In this document: positions 1 to 9,747 of the stretch, piece by piece | Numbering within the stretch: the first letter of the stretch is position 1 | How the letters are laid out: every line of letters starts with the position of its first letter | From: Arcobacter sp. | Lineage (GTDB): Bacteria > Campylobacterota > Campylobacteria > Campylobacterales > Sulfurimonadaceae | Assembly: GCA_002733885.1 (NCBI GenBank) | Contig: NVXJ01000001.1 | Coordinates: forward strand, 109,298-171,301 | Direction of reading: 5' to 3' | DNA length: 62,004 nt | Made by a program: the position numbers and the translations under genes | Notes under the pieces: generated by a model | The model's input: the letters and a program-made list of their open reading frames with translations, nothing else | Told to the model about the DNA's origin: nothing | Database searches by the model: none

Positions 1-2
1 AT

Positions 3-848
3 ACAGAAAATTTTATTTTATCTGATCTTAGCCAATTACCTGGATTTGACAAACCTATCAAATTGACACTCAAAGGTGCTTATGCACACAACATTAAAAT
101 TATTTCTGATTTAGCTTTTAAGCATCAAAAGATTAATGCTGTTTTGTTAGGTTTAGATATTTATGCCTTATCAGGAGATAAAGAAAAAACTACCAATGGA
201 AAAGAAGCTATTCCTTTTTATTTATATGACGACAATCCTTTTAATGATTATAAATATATCTTCAATATTGACACACTTATAGAGTGTCTTAGACCTTATT
301 TAATTGAGCGAAACTCTTTAATTCTCAATTATGACACAATGTTTGTTGCCGATATAACGACTGACTACTATTCAAGCAGTTTAGCGCTCAATAGTTATAT
401 CTCGAAACATAACAACCCCCCGCCAAAAGAAGTAAACAATGAAAAAAAGCTTGAATATTTTAAAACAAGTTTTTTATATAATATTTTACCTATGATTAAA
501 GAGCACCCTGAAACAGAATTTAAAATCTTCTATCCCCCTTACTCTATTTTGTCTTACAAACTTAAGGGAGAAGAAGGATGGCTTAAAGACTATTTCAAAA
601 TAAAAATCTATATTTTCAACATCCTTAAAAACTATGAGAATGTAGAACTATATGATTTTCAAAGTCATCAAACACTCACTCATAATCTTAATAATTATTA
701 TGACAAAGGCCACTATCATTATAAAATAAACAAATGGATACTTAAACAGATTAAAGACAATAATTTTCTTGTGACAGAAAATAATATCAATATATTTAAT
801 AAGAGCTTGATAGGACAGACAAATAGTTTTGTTATTCCAAATATTTAA
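3..848 (+). CDS. hypothetical protein, 5' end cut by the window edge; C-terminal part only weakly SGNH/DltD-like
   Basis: The frame of the 63..848 ORF stays open back to nt 3 (TENFILSDLSQLPGFDKPIK precedes the listed start), so the gene begins left of the window. The only motif I can point to is a C-terminal D-x-x-H (DKGHYH) resembling SGNH block V. The Ser block would lie outside the window. Confidence 0.5.
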   Translation, partial: TENFILSDLSQLPGFDKPIKLTLKGAYAHNIKIISDLAFKHQKINAVLLGLDIYALSGDKEKTTNGKEAIPFYLYDDNPFNDYKYIFNIDTLIECLRPYLIERNSLILNYDTMFVADITTDYYSSSLALNSYISKHNNPPPKEVNNEKKLEYFKTSFLYNILPMIKEHPETEFKIFYPPYSILSYKLKGEEGWLKDYFKIKIYIFNILKNYENVELYDFQSHQTLTHNLNNYYDKGHYHYKINKWILKQIKDNNFLVTENNINIFNKSLIGQTNSFVIPNI

Positions 849-961
849 ATGTATATTCATCTCATATTATATAGAAATTTACACTAATTGTAATATAAGC
901 TTTACTTAATTATATAAAATTTATTTAAACACAAAACAATACCGATACGTAAATAGCCTAG

Positions 962-970
962 TGTTACAAT
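962..970 (+). promoter_or_regulatory. candidate extended -10 element (TGtTACAAT) for the lipoprotein gene
   Basis: TG-n-TACAAT at 962-970, 48 nt upstream of ATG 1018, in an AT-rich intergenic region. No clear -35. Confidence 0.3.
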
Positions 971-1017
971 CTATTTACTTGTTTATGTTAAATTTAACTT
1001 ACTCAAAGGAGCAAAAG

Positions 1018-2976
1018 ATGAAACAAATAACTTCATTTATCATTGTAACTTCATTAATAGCCACAATATCAGGTTGTGGTGGCGGAGGTGGAGATAGCAC
1101 CAGCAGTATTAGCACTGCTACACATACCTCTAGTGTTACTTCAAGCGATGTTGAAACTGGACAATTAATTGATGTTCCGGCATCAGATTTAGAATCATTT
1201 AAATTGACTGCTCCTGCTAACGACGCCATTGTTTTTCAACAACGTAAGCTTGTAGTGTCTATAGGTAATAACAGTACCACTGAACGTGTTGACTATTGGG
1301 CAGACAACAAAACCATCTTTTTAGGTTCATCAGATCAGGCACCTTTTAGCCATGACTTTGACACTACACTGCTCGCCAACGGACAACATAAAATACAAGC
1401 TTATGCTTACGATATGCTGGGGACTCAACTTGCTTCTCAAGAAGTAACCGTAATTTCGTTTGCAGATAGTTTTAAAAATGCGCAAGAGTTTCATGTCAGT
1501 CCTATAGGGACACCATCTGGTAATGGATCTATAAATTTACCATGGGATGCAGAAACAATGTTCAATTCTTCTGCAATCTCCCCCGGAGACATTGTTTGGA
1601 TGCATGGAGGAAATTATGATAACTCCACTGAAACAAATGTTTATTTAACAAGACTACATGGGACAAAAGAAAAACCTATTCTTATCAGGGCCTACGGAGA
1701 TGGACCTGTTGATATTCATATAAAAGATGGGATTGATGGGTATGGAGTACATACATCTTCATGGAATTGGTTTTGGGGGTTTGAGCCACATATTTCTAGA
1801 CCAGAAAGATCTGTTCCTGATACCGGATACAGACGACTAGCTGCTTTTTACCTAACAAACCAGGGTCATAGAATCATCAACTGTGTAGCTTATGATAATG
1901 GACATCCTGGAATTGGAAACTGGTCAGCCGTAGGTGATACAGGTGAAGTTTATGGAACGCTTATTTGGGGAACTGGAATATATGATTTCAGTCCTACCAT
2001 CAGAGGTTCTGCAATTTATGCACAAAATGAAGTTGGAACACGTTACTTCCGAGATAATATCACCTTTCGAAATTTCACAAATGGAATAAAACCTTATGCT
2101 GAAAATGGATATGTTAATGGATTCCATCTTGAAGGAAATATAGCCTTTAAGAATTACCTTGCACCTATTTCACTGGAATCAGGTACCAATCCTATGCAAA
2201 ATACGAAACTTATCAATAACTACACTTTTGATGACTCAGATGATACACGCAAGGCTGTAACAGTAGGAAAAGCTTCTGAGGGAACATATAATAATGGCTT
2301 AGAACTTATCGGTAACTATTTTGTTGCCGGTGTAACTAGTCAGACAGGGGCTCTTGACATCTCAATGTTTAATAATATGACTGTTAGTAACAATACAATC
2401 ATTACTAAGCATACATTAAATAATTCAGAGAAACCAAGACTATTCACATTTCGTCCAACTCCAACACAGAGTAATGTCAGTTGGAACAATAACAATTACT
2501 TTGGTGGTAGAGACACTAGTCTTGGTAATGATAATATTATCAACAACTATGTTAATTGGAATACACGTGATTATCTTACATCTGTTGATCAGTGGAAATC
2601 TCTTAGAACTCCTTTTGACATAGACAGTACATGGACAAGGTCTTATCCGCAAGAAAACTCTATTTTTGTACGTCCAAATCTTTATGAAAGAGGAAGAGGT
2701 CATATTGTAATTTATAATTGGGAAATTAAGTCAAATGTTAATGTTAACATTTCAGATCTGGGCCTTAATGAAGGTGAAGCATTTGAGATAAGAGATGCCC
2801 AAAATTTTTATGGAGCACCTGTTTTAACAGCTAACTATTCAGAATCAAAAAGTATTGTGCAGTTACCTATGAACTTAACACAAATTTCACCAACAATTGG
2901 AGATGTTCATCATATGGATAAATCATTATCTCATACAAGTAACAGATTTGCTACTTTTGTTGTCTTAAAAAAATAA
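1018..2976 (+). CDS. secreted lipoprotein with Ig-like N-domain and right-handed parallel beta-helix (pectate-lyase fold); candidate polysaccharide lyase/hydrolase
   Basis: ATG at 1018 is preceded by AAAGGAG. Signal peptide plus lipobox MKQITSFIIVTSLIATISGC, then a Gly/Ser/Thr linker. FHVSPIGTPSGNGSINLPW...ISPGDIVWMHGGNY is the typical beta-helix entry motif. Repeated N-x-T/I-x-N-N turns follow (SNNTIITKH, LINNYTF). Confidence 0.75.
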   Translation: MKQITSFIIVTSLIATISGCGGGGGDSTSSISTATHTSSVTSSDVETGQLIDVPASDLESFKLTAPANDAIVFQQRKLVVSIGNNSTTERVDYWADNKTIFLGSSDQAPFSHDFDTTLLANGQHKIQAYAYDMLGTQLASQEVTVISFADSFKNAQEFHVSPIGTPSGNGSINLPWDAETMFNSSAISPGDIVWMHGGNYDNSTETNVYLTRLHGTKEKPILIRAYGDGPVDIHIKDGIDGYGVHTSSWNWFWGFEPHISRPERSVPDTGYRRLAAFYLTNQGHRIINCVAYDNGHPGIGNWSAVGDTGEVYGTLIWGTGIYDFSPTIRGSAIYAQNEVGTRYFRDNITFRNFTNGIKPYAENGYVNGFHLEGNIAFKNYLAPISLESGTNPMQNTKLINNYTFDDSDDTRKAVTVGKASEGTYNNGLELIGNYFVAGVTSQTGALDISMFNNMTVSNNTIITKHTLNNSEKPRLFTFRPTPTQSNVSWNNNNYFGGRDTSLGNDNIINNYVNWNTRDYLTSVDQWKSLRTPFDIDSTWTRSYPQENSIFVRPNLYERGRGHIVIYNWEIKSNVNVNISDLGLNEGEAFEIRDAQNFYGAPVLTANYSESKSIVQLPMNLTQISPTIGDVHHMDKSLSHTSNRFATFVVLKK

Positions 2977-2978
2977 TA

Positions 2979-3012
2979 TATGTTTCATAAGATACTTATC
3001 TTATGAAACATA
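2979..3012. terminator. bidirectional intrinsic terminator between convergent genes
   Basis: Near-perfect 14-16 bp inverted repeat: tgtttcataagata (2981-2994) pairs with tatcttatgaaaca (2997-3010). An A-run lies 5' on the plus strand, which is a U-run after the hairpin for the minus-strand operon. It sits between stop 2976 (+) and stop 3020 (-). Confidence 0.7.
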
Positions 3013-3019
3013 ATACAAT

Positions 3020-3772
3020 TTAATAATACTTTTTAAATCCATAAAATGCCCATTGGCACAATGCAATACAACTTTTGATTAAACTCAGCTGTTCAACATT
3101 TCTATATACTATCCATTGATATTTTGCTGCAAGAAGTTTATTTCTAGAAACAGAGTTCTCTCGCATTCTGTATATTGCCATCGGTTCATGCATGCCATAA
3201 GCATAAGGAACTTTTTTTAGTATTTGTAGCCACAAAGCAAAATCTTGTCTCTTTAAAATATCTGGCATCAAGACCTTCCCTATCCCATCCGTATCATACA
3301 TTGCAGTAAGACATGATATAGGACAGGTTTTTAACAAATCATCATATGACACCTTTTCAGGTACATAAAATGTTCCATTATCTTTTTGTAATGTTTCATC
3401 TTTTCTATCATAGGATGAAAATACAAACTTGACATTGTTTTGTTCAAGATAAGAAATAGATGCTTCTAAAAAAGAGTCATACCATATATCGTCACTGTCT
3501 AAAAAGCATATATATCGTCCTTGAGCGATATTAAGACCTTTATTCCGTGTTTTGGCTGGTCCCATATTTGTTTCATTTTTAAGTAACTTTATGCGTTTGT
3601 CTTGTAAGCAATACTGTTCTATAATCACAACTGCATTATCATCTGATTGATCATCAATGATAATCATCTCCCAATCTTTATGAGTTTGCGCCAACACAGA
3701 TTCAATGGTCATTCTTATAAATTTTTCACTGTTATGGTTTGCTGTAATAATTGATATTTTGGGTTTTTGCAT
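3020..3772 (-). CDS. family 2 glycosyltransferase
   Basis: KISIITANHNSEKFIRMTIESVLAQTHKDWEMIIIDDQSDD and FLDSDD are classic GT2 (GT-A, DxD) motifs. ATG at 3772 has a GGAG 7 nt upstream. The track start at 3784 is a TTG without an RBS. Confidence 0.9.
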   Translation of the reverse strand: MQKPKISIITANHNSEKFIRMTIESVLAQTHKDWEMIIIDDQSDDNAVVIIEQYCLQDKRIKLLKNETNMGPAKTRNKGLNIAQGRYICFLDSDDIWYDSFLEASISYLEQNNVKFVFSSYDRKDETLQKDNGTFYVPEKVSYDDLLKTCPISCLTAMYDTDGIGKVLMPDILKRQDFALWLQILKKVPYAYGMHEPMAIYRMRENSVSRNKLLAAKYQWIVYRNVEQLSLIKSCIALCQWAFYGFKKYY

Positions 3773-3773
3773 T

Positions 3774-5129
3774 TTAGACTCCAATATTTTTCGTGTCTTT
3801 TAAATATATTTTTGCTTTTTCTTTTGACATTACCATACATGGTTTACCCGATGCAGTGGGTTCAATATATGTCTCTATTTTGAAAAGTACTTTTAACTTG
3901 TTATCAATCTGCTCATGAATCTTTTGCCTTACATTATCTAATGTCAGCTTATTAAAACCGCTGTCTTTAATATAACGAACTATTATGCCATCTTCTAGTT
4001 CAATCACCTGAAACTGTTTGATTTCAGAAAAATATTCAAATATTCCAGTAAAAGAATGGACTGTTACATATTTTCCTGATGGTAAATAAATCACATCAGT
4101 TTCTCTTCCAATAACTTTTTCTAAAAGAGGAAAAGGACGTCCACAAGAGCATTTTGTCTTCGGATCAGCTTTAACTGCTAAGTCACCTAGCTTATAACGG
4201 ATTAAAGGCATAGCATAAGCATCTAAACGAGTAACAACCACATGACCAATTTCACCTACTTTTACTTCCTTATTATCATCATCTAGTATCTCTATATATA
4301 CATGAGGACTCATTATATGATACTTTCCAGCTTCACATTCTCCAGCCATCATTAGACCTTCTGAACAGCCATACGTATCAAAAACCTTTGTACTAAACTG
4401 TGCTTCAATTACTTTTTTATAATGACTAAACATTTTATCCCCCAAACTCATAACGGAATGAAACTTAACACCTTCTACCCCATATTTTTGAGCTACAAGA
4501 GCCATTGAGTATATAGAAGAGGCATAACCAATCAAATGATCACGTGGTGACTTTTTCAGTTCTTCTAGAAGGTTTAATATATCTTTATCACTTAATGAAA
4601 AGGCATTCACATACTTAAAGCGTAATACAATATCTTTTAATCTTTTTACCACTCCGCGTTGAGGATTAATACCTGCTTGCAAAACTGTATTTCCAAATCT
4701 GTATCCTGCCCATGACCACCATAAAGCTTGTATAGCAGCAATAGCTGAAACTTCTTTTTTACTCATATAGACTGTACTTTGTACTCCTGATGACCCACTG
4801 CTTGAACGTTTGACTAGATTACTACTTTCTACTGCCAGTAAGTTTTCTTTTTTTAAGATCTCTTTTGTCAAAATAGGAAAATTAGCAAGGAATTTTTTTA
4901 CATCACTAGCATGACTTATGTTTAAATTATTATAATAAGACACTTCTTTTAGTGCATAGTTTAAGATTTTTTCGAGTCCATCATTTTCTAGTTTCTTTAA
5001 GTCTTTGGCTTCTTTTTTTTCTAAGATTTTCCATTGTTTAAACGTTTTCCACAAGGTTGTTTTCAAAACAATATCAGACAAAGGTAAAATAACCTGTTCA
5101 GTAAATATATTATAAATCATTTTTATCAT
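3774..5129 (-). CDS. CapK / phenylacetate-CoA-ligase (F390-synthetase)-like adenylate-forming enzyme
   Basis: About 450 aa, with a P-loop-like SSGSSGVQSTVY and a YGCSEG core typical of the PaaK/CapK branch of the ANL superfamily. Embedded between glycosyltransferases. The start may be 5129 or 5120. Confidence 0.65.
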   Translation of the reverse strand: MIKMIYNIFTEQVILPLSDIVLKTTLWKTFKQWKILEKKEAKDLKKLENDGLEKILNYALKEVSYYNNLNISHASDVKKFLANFPILTKEILKKENLLAVESSNLVKRSSSGSSGVQSTVYMSKKEVSAIAAIQALWWSWAGYRFGNTVLQAGINPQRGVVKRLKDIVLRFKYVNAFSLSDKDILNLLEELKKSPRDHLIGYASSIYSMALVAQKYGVEGVKFHSVMSLGDKMFSHYKKVIEAQFSTKVFDTYGCSEGLMMAGECEAGKYHIMSPHVYIEILDDDNKEVKVGEIGHVVVTRLDAYAMPLIRYKLGDLAVKADPKTKCSCGRPFPLLEKVIGRETDVIYLPSGKYVTVHSFTGIFEYFSEIKQFQVIELEDGIIVRYIKDSGFNKLTLDNVRQKIHEQIDNKLKVLFKIETYIEPTASGKPCMVMSKEKAKIYLKDTKNIGV

Positions 5130-6153
5130 TTCTTAGTGTCAAAAGTTTTTTCCATTCATTTTGAACAGACTTCCAATCAAAGTTTTCTGCTTTTAATAAG
5201 GCATTTTCAGACAAAGACTTAACCAATAATGGCGTCTTCATCAGTTCAGACATTTTTTCATACATCTGGTTCTCATCAGAGATATTCACAAGTAAACCAT
5301 CTTTTTCATCTTCTATTAAAAAAGGGATTCCTCCCACATTTGTTGAGACAATTGGAAAACCTAAGGCCATAGCTTCCATCACACTCACGGGTTGGTTGTC
5401 AAAATTTGTAGGATTAATAAAAATATCATAATCTGAAGAACGTTTAATCCACTCTTCTTTACTTAACTTCCCTGTAAGTTCAATTGATTCGTGCAGACCA
5501 AGTTTTTTAGCTAGCTCTTGACACTCTTGCAGGGTTCCATCCTTGTCGGGCCCAATCATGCACATTTTTGCAGATAAGAATTCTTCTTTAAACATAGAAA
5601 AGGCTTTGATTGCCATTTGTGGGTTATATATTTTACTAAAAGCTCTTACATATAAAATATTAGGAGAGATATTTTCTCTTCTTTTCTGAGGATATTTACT
5701 TAAATCAATATTATTGGTAATAAACTGAACCTTATAATGATGCTCTTCAAAGGCTTTCAAAAGATACTGAGAAGGGGCCACATTCATCACCGAATTATTA
5801 AAAATAAGTTTTGACAAAAAAGGACTTCGTTCTAAGCGACTCGGTAAACTACCACCCCTTAAACACGTAAAATAAGAAACCTTTAAAAGACGCGCCAATT
5901 GCGAGACCAAAAGCGCGTAATAAAAGTTCTTACTGCTATAAGTGTCAATCAAAATCATATCTGTTTCACGTCTAAATTTCACAACACTGCTTAGCATATC
6001 AAATAAACGTAAAATTTGATTTTTTTTATTGGATACCATCTTCACATCATAAAACTCACTTAACAAACGACCTAAAGTTTCAACAGATGTTGGCGTTGAA
6101 CCATGGATGGATAGCGCGTCGCCTATGTAAAGTATCTTCGCTTTTTTACTCAC
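5110..6153 (-). CDS. family 4 (GT-B) glycosyltransferase
   Basis: C-terminal E-x7-E region: VSVMEAMALGFPIVSTNVGGIPFLIEDEKDGLLV. Confidence 0.9.
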   Translation of the reverse strand: MSKKAKILYIGDALSIHGSTPTSVETLGRLLSEFYDVKMVSNKKNQILRLFDMLSSVVKFRRETDMILIDTYSSKNFYYALLVSQLARLLKVSYFTCLRGGSLPSRLERSPFLSKLIFNNSVMNVAPSQYLLKAFEEHHYKVQFITNNIDLSKYPQKRRENISPNILYVRAFSKIYNPQMAIKAFSMFKEEFLSAKMCMIGPDKDGTLQECQELAKKLGLHESIELTGKLSKEEWIKRSSDYDIFINPTNFDNQPVSVMEAMALGFPIVSTNVGGIPFLIEDEKDGLLVNISDENQMYEKMSELMKTPLLVKSLSENALLKAENFDWKSVQNEWKKLLTLRNDKNDL

Positions 6154-7268
6154 AACATTACCTTCTCATATATTTTTAATAATTTATCTAAAACAGCATT
6201 TTTTGAATAGTTATCTTGAACATGTTGATAAAATAATTTTGAATACTTACCTTGGTCTTTACCTGAAGATAAAAGTTGTCGAAGTTTATCTGCCAGGTCC
6301 TTAGAGTCTTTAACCTCAGCAATCAGTCCATAAGTACCTTCTTCTAAAACTTTTGGGCATTCACCTACGCGAGTAGACACAACACTCAAAGAAGCTAAAC
6401 CATATTCCAATAAGGCCATAGGAAGACCTTCTGTTTCTGATGTAATAACTCCAATGCTACATTCATTTAATATGTCAGCCGCGTCACTTCTAACTCCTAA
6501 AATATGTATATTATTTTCTAAATGATATTGTGTAATTAAAGTATTGACTTTTTCTAAATAAACCTTATCCTTCGTACTTCCCACTAAAAGAACATGCCAC
6601 TGTGTAAAACCTTCTTTATAAAGTATATCAAAGGCTTTAATTAAGTTTAGATGATCTTTAACAGGTCGTAAGTTTGCCAAACTTACTATACGGGTATCTT
6701 TTGTTCCAGGTAGCTCAAGACTTTCATCTTTTAAATAGAGCTCAGCATAATTAGGCAAATACTCAATACAGCCTTTTCTTACATAAAGATTTTTTTCAAC
6801 CCATTCATTAATGAGTTTATTGACTGTAATTACATAAGAAAATCGTCGTGATAATAATTTTAAAACTTGTGTCCTTATCTTGAATTTTAGACTTGCTTTA
6901 ATTTTAGCACTTTGTCCATGATGATCATGCCAAATTACTTTTACAGGGGTAAAGAATTGTATAATAAGGGCTGTTAAGTATGAGCCTGTATGGGCATGAA
7001 TAATCTCAATGTCATTTTCTTTTACATACCTTATTGCGCGTGAGTAAGCTTGTCTGTCAAACATACTTTTCTTTTGCATCATAAACGTATCTAGACCTGG
7101 TTTAATAAACTCTTCCAAAGGTCCACCACCTCTTGTTACACAAATATGGCTCTTATACTGTGTATCTAATGTGAAAAGAGCATTTGCGTAATTCACGCAA
7201 ACTCGTTCTGCCCCACCAACATCCAAACTATCAATCATCTGCATAACAGTTATTTTTTTGTCTAACAT
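6150..7268 (-). CDS. family 4 (GT-B) glycosyltransferase
   Basis: N-terminal GGAERV motif and C-terminal ETEGLPMALLEYGLASLSVVSTRVGECPKVLEEGTYGLI. 4-nt overlaps with both neighbours. Confidence 0.9.
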   Translation of the reverse strand: MLDKKITVMQMIDSLDVGGAERVCVNYANALFTLDTQYKSHICVTRGGGPLEEFIKPGLDTFMMQKKSMFDRQAYSRAIRYVKENDIEIIHAHTGSYLTALIIQFFTPVKVIWHDHHGQSAKIKASLKFKIRTQVLKLLSRRFSYVITVNKLINEWVEKNLYVRKGCIEYLPNYAELYLKDESLELPGTKDTRIVSLANLRPVKDHLNLIKAFDILYKEGFTQWHVLLVGSTKDKVYLEKVNTLITQYHLENNIHILGVRSDAADILNECSIGVITSETEGLPMALLEYGLASLSVVSTRVGECPKVLEEGTYGLIAEVKDSKDLADKLRQLLSSGKDQGKYSKLFYQHVQDNYSKNAVLDKLLKIYEKVML

Positions 7269-8389
7269 TCTTTTAAGACCTCTTCAATAGCATCTTCAAA
7301 GGTTTCTAGAACATATTCTTGTGACCATTTTACACCAGCTAAAGAAGCCTCTTCATACTCTTGAGTATCCTTGATATAATAAGAAATCTTTTGAGAAATA
7401 TCTTTAGCATCTACTTCTGCTATTTTTCCTCGTGAACCATACCCTATCATATAGTTTACACATGATACGTTTGTTGAGATAGGTACACATCCCCAAAACA
7501 TAGCTTCAGCCACTACTTTAGGCCAGCCTTCTGACTTTGACATTAAAATTAAAAAATGTGATTTTTGATAATAACTTTTTACATAATCTGCATTTTGATT
7601 ACCATGTAAGGTCACATAATTTCCTAAAGCATTGTTTTTTATATACCTTTCAATTTCAGTCCTCATCTTACCATCACCCATTACATCTAAATGGATATCA
7701 ACCTTGTTTTCAACTAATTCTTTAACGACTTCTAATGCTAATACAGTACGCTTACCTGGATTAAATGAACCTACAAAAAGAAGTTTAATAGTTCCAATAA
7801 GTTTTCTTGGTTGGATTGGTATAATTTCCTCTTTTTTATATGTTGCAGTAAAGAATGGAAGAACATTCTTTGTTTGATGTGGCCATTCACCATAAACTAA
7901 TATCTTCATCTTTTTAGAGCAACTTGTGTTAGCTAAAATCTTTTTTTGGAGTTTATAAGACCATGCTTGACCTTGGGCATTTGGATTCCAATTTCCTGCA
8001 TATTTTGCTGTTTTACATTTACTTGGAAAAAATATTTGTGCAATAGAACCGAGTAAGCCCATATTTCCGGGACATCTAAGGTGAATATGCTCTGCCCAAA
8101 ACATTGCCTTAAGAATTACAAAAAACATAAATGGAAGTTTAAGTAATGTTAATAGTTTTTCTTTTCTTGAGACTAAACTAAACAAAGGTACTTCATCAAA
8201 AATGATATTATTATGAGCATACGCTAAATCAATTTTTGAGACTTCTAAGTTTCTATCAATAGGGCCGACAATTTTAACCTCATCAACATGTTTTAACCAC
8301 AGGTTCATCTCTTTTATATAAGGCCCATAACCATAAAGTTTATCATCTAAACTTTTATGTAGAACATGGGTAATAATTAAAAATTTCAT
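7262..8389 (-). CDS. GT-B fold glycosyltransferase (GT4-like)
   Basis: SKSEGWPKVVAEAMFWGCVPISTNVSCVNYMIG matches the GT4 C-terminal nucleotide-sugar binding region. The N-domain is divergent. Confidence 0.75.
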   Translation of the reverse strand: MKFLIITHVLHKSLDDKLYGYGPYIKEMNLWLKHVDEVKIVGPIDRNLEVSKIDLAYAHNNIIFDEVPLFSLVSRKEKLLTLLKLPFMFFVILKAMFWAEHIHLRCPGNMGLLGSIAQIFFPSKCKTAKYAGNWNPNAQGQAWSYKLQKKILANTSCSKKMKILVYGEWPHQTKNVLPFFTATYKKEEIIPIQPRKLIGTIKLLFVGSFNPGKRTVLALEVVKELVENKVDIHLDVMGDGKMRTEIERYIKNNALGNYVTLHGNQNADYVKSYYQKSHFLILMSKSEGWPKVVAEAMFWGCVPISTNVSCVNYMIGYGSRGKIAEVDAKDISQKISYYIKDTQEYEEASLAGVKWSQEYVLETFEDAIEEVLKEC

Positions 8390-9747
8390 ATTTTCATTCT
8401 TTCATCGTATATTAAATATTTTTTGTTAAAGATCTTTGGACCAGCAAAAATAAATGCCATAAATATTCCACCTATGACGCTCATTCCTGCATTTCCCATT
8501 ATTGAAAACATATATGCAATAGTAAAATACAGTAACATTTCCTGCTTCTTCAAATATAACTTAAAGTTTACATAAGCTGCACGAAGTAAGACATACATAA
8601 AAATCGAAAAAGCAATAATGCCATACTCTACCGCTAATTTAAGGTAAAGCGTATGTATCACGTATGCTTTTTCACTACCATGAACATACCCAAAATCTTT
8701 TACATAATTTTTTCCTTCATCATGTAAAAATCCCCTAGAGTTGGGACCATAGCCAAGTAAAACGTCAAGTAAAGGTGCCGTATCTAAATAGTGAAGTCCT
8801 ACTTGCCATTGAACAAAGCGTGAAGTGGTTACCTGATTTAATGAACGATGGCTTGTATCTAGTTTTTTAACATAAAATTTTTCTATAGTATTAAAATATT
8901 TATCGTCTAAAATGGTAAAGGAAAGCGTTAACATCGCTAGCATAACTAAAAAATATTTCAAAAAATCTGCTCTATTATTTATTCCATAGAAAATTAATGC
9001 AAATAACATAGATATCATATTTGTGCGTGAAGTAGATAAAAAAAGCAATATAAACACAACAATAGTCAACCCGAGTAATATTTTAGAATCACGTTTAAAC
9101 ATAATAAGTTTACCTTGGTCAAGTAGTAAAAATATCAATGAAATTACTAATAAAGATGCTGGTCCACTAGGGTCACCCCCTATTACCCAACCTACTTCAG
9201 TGGGAGTTGCAAATCTATTTGCAATATTTGGAAACATAACTATATAAATCGCAATACTTGAATATATAAAATTTCGCATTGCAAAAGCTCTATATTCAGG
9301 AAAGTATAATAACATTGATATTAGAACTAAGGTCGTACCTAACTCAATTGTCTTAATAAAATACCCTACTTTAACACCTTCAATTATACCTACAGCCACA
9401 AAAATAATAAAAAAGAGTAATATAAAAAAAATATTTTTATTACTTATTGCCCGATTCAGTTCTTTTTTCATTGTAAAGAATGCCAATATTATCACTACAA
9501 TAGTTATCATGGTATAACCACTTTCAAAGAATATAAAAGGGCGTATAAAAACGACAAGTGGTGAAAACCCTATGATCCATGCAATCATAAAAGTGCCACC
9601 TATATTACGATTATAAAAGCTATAAACAACCCCACCTAAAAGAGAAAGACCAAGAAATATTCCAGCATACCTAAAATGAACGCTTAACATAAGTAACTCT
9701 GTAATCAGAAGAACAGCTAAAAATGATTTTGTATAATTACTCATCAA
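8386..9747 (-). CDS. wzy: O-antigen/capsule repeat-unit polymerase (Wzy / O-antigen-ligase-like membrane protein)
   Basis: 453 aa and almost entirely hydrophobic, with at least 10 predicted TM helices and one larger loop (DTSHRSLNQVTTSRFVQWQ...HDEGKNY). Located inside the glycosyltransferase run, next to the Wzx operon partner. Confidence 0.7.
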   Translation of the reverse strand: MMSNYTKSFLAVLLITELLMLSVHFRYAGIFLGLSLLGGVVYSFYNRNIGGTFMIAWIIGFSPLVVFIRPFIFFESGYTMITIVVIILAFFTMKKELNRAISNKNIFFILLFFIIFVAVGIIEGVKVGYFIKTIELGTTLVLISMLLYFPEYRAFAMRNFIYSSIAIYIVMFPNIANRFATPTEVGWVIGGDPSGPASLLVISLIFLLLDQGKLIMFKRDSKILLGLTIVVFILLFLSTSRTNMISMLFALIFYGINNRADFLKYFLVMLAMLTLSFTILDDKYFNTIEKFYVKKLDTSHRSLNQVTTSRFVQWQVGLHYLDTAPLLDVLLGYGPNSRGFLHDEGKNYVKDFGYVHGSEKAYVIHTLYLKLAVEYGIIAFSIFMYVLLRAAYVNFKLYLKKQEMLLYFTIAYMFSIMGNAGMSVIGGIFMAFIFAGPKIFNKKYLIYDERMKI

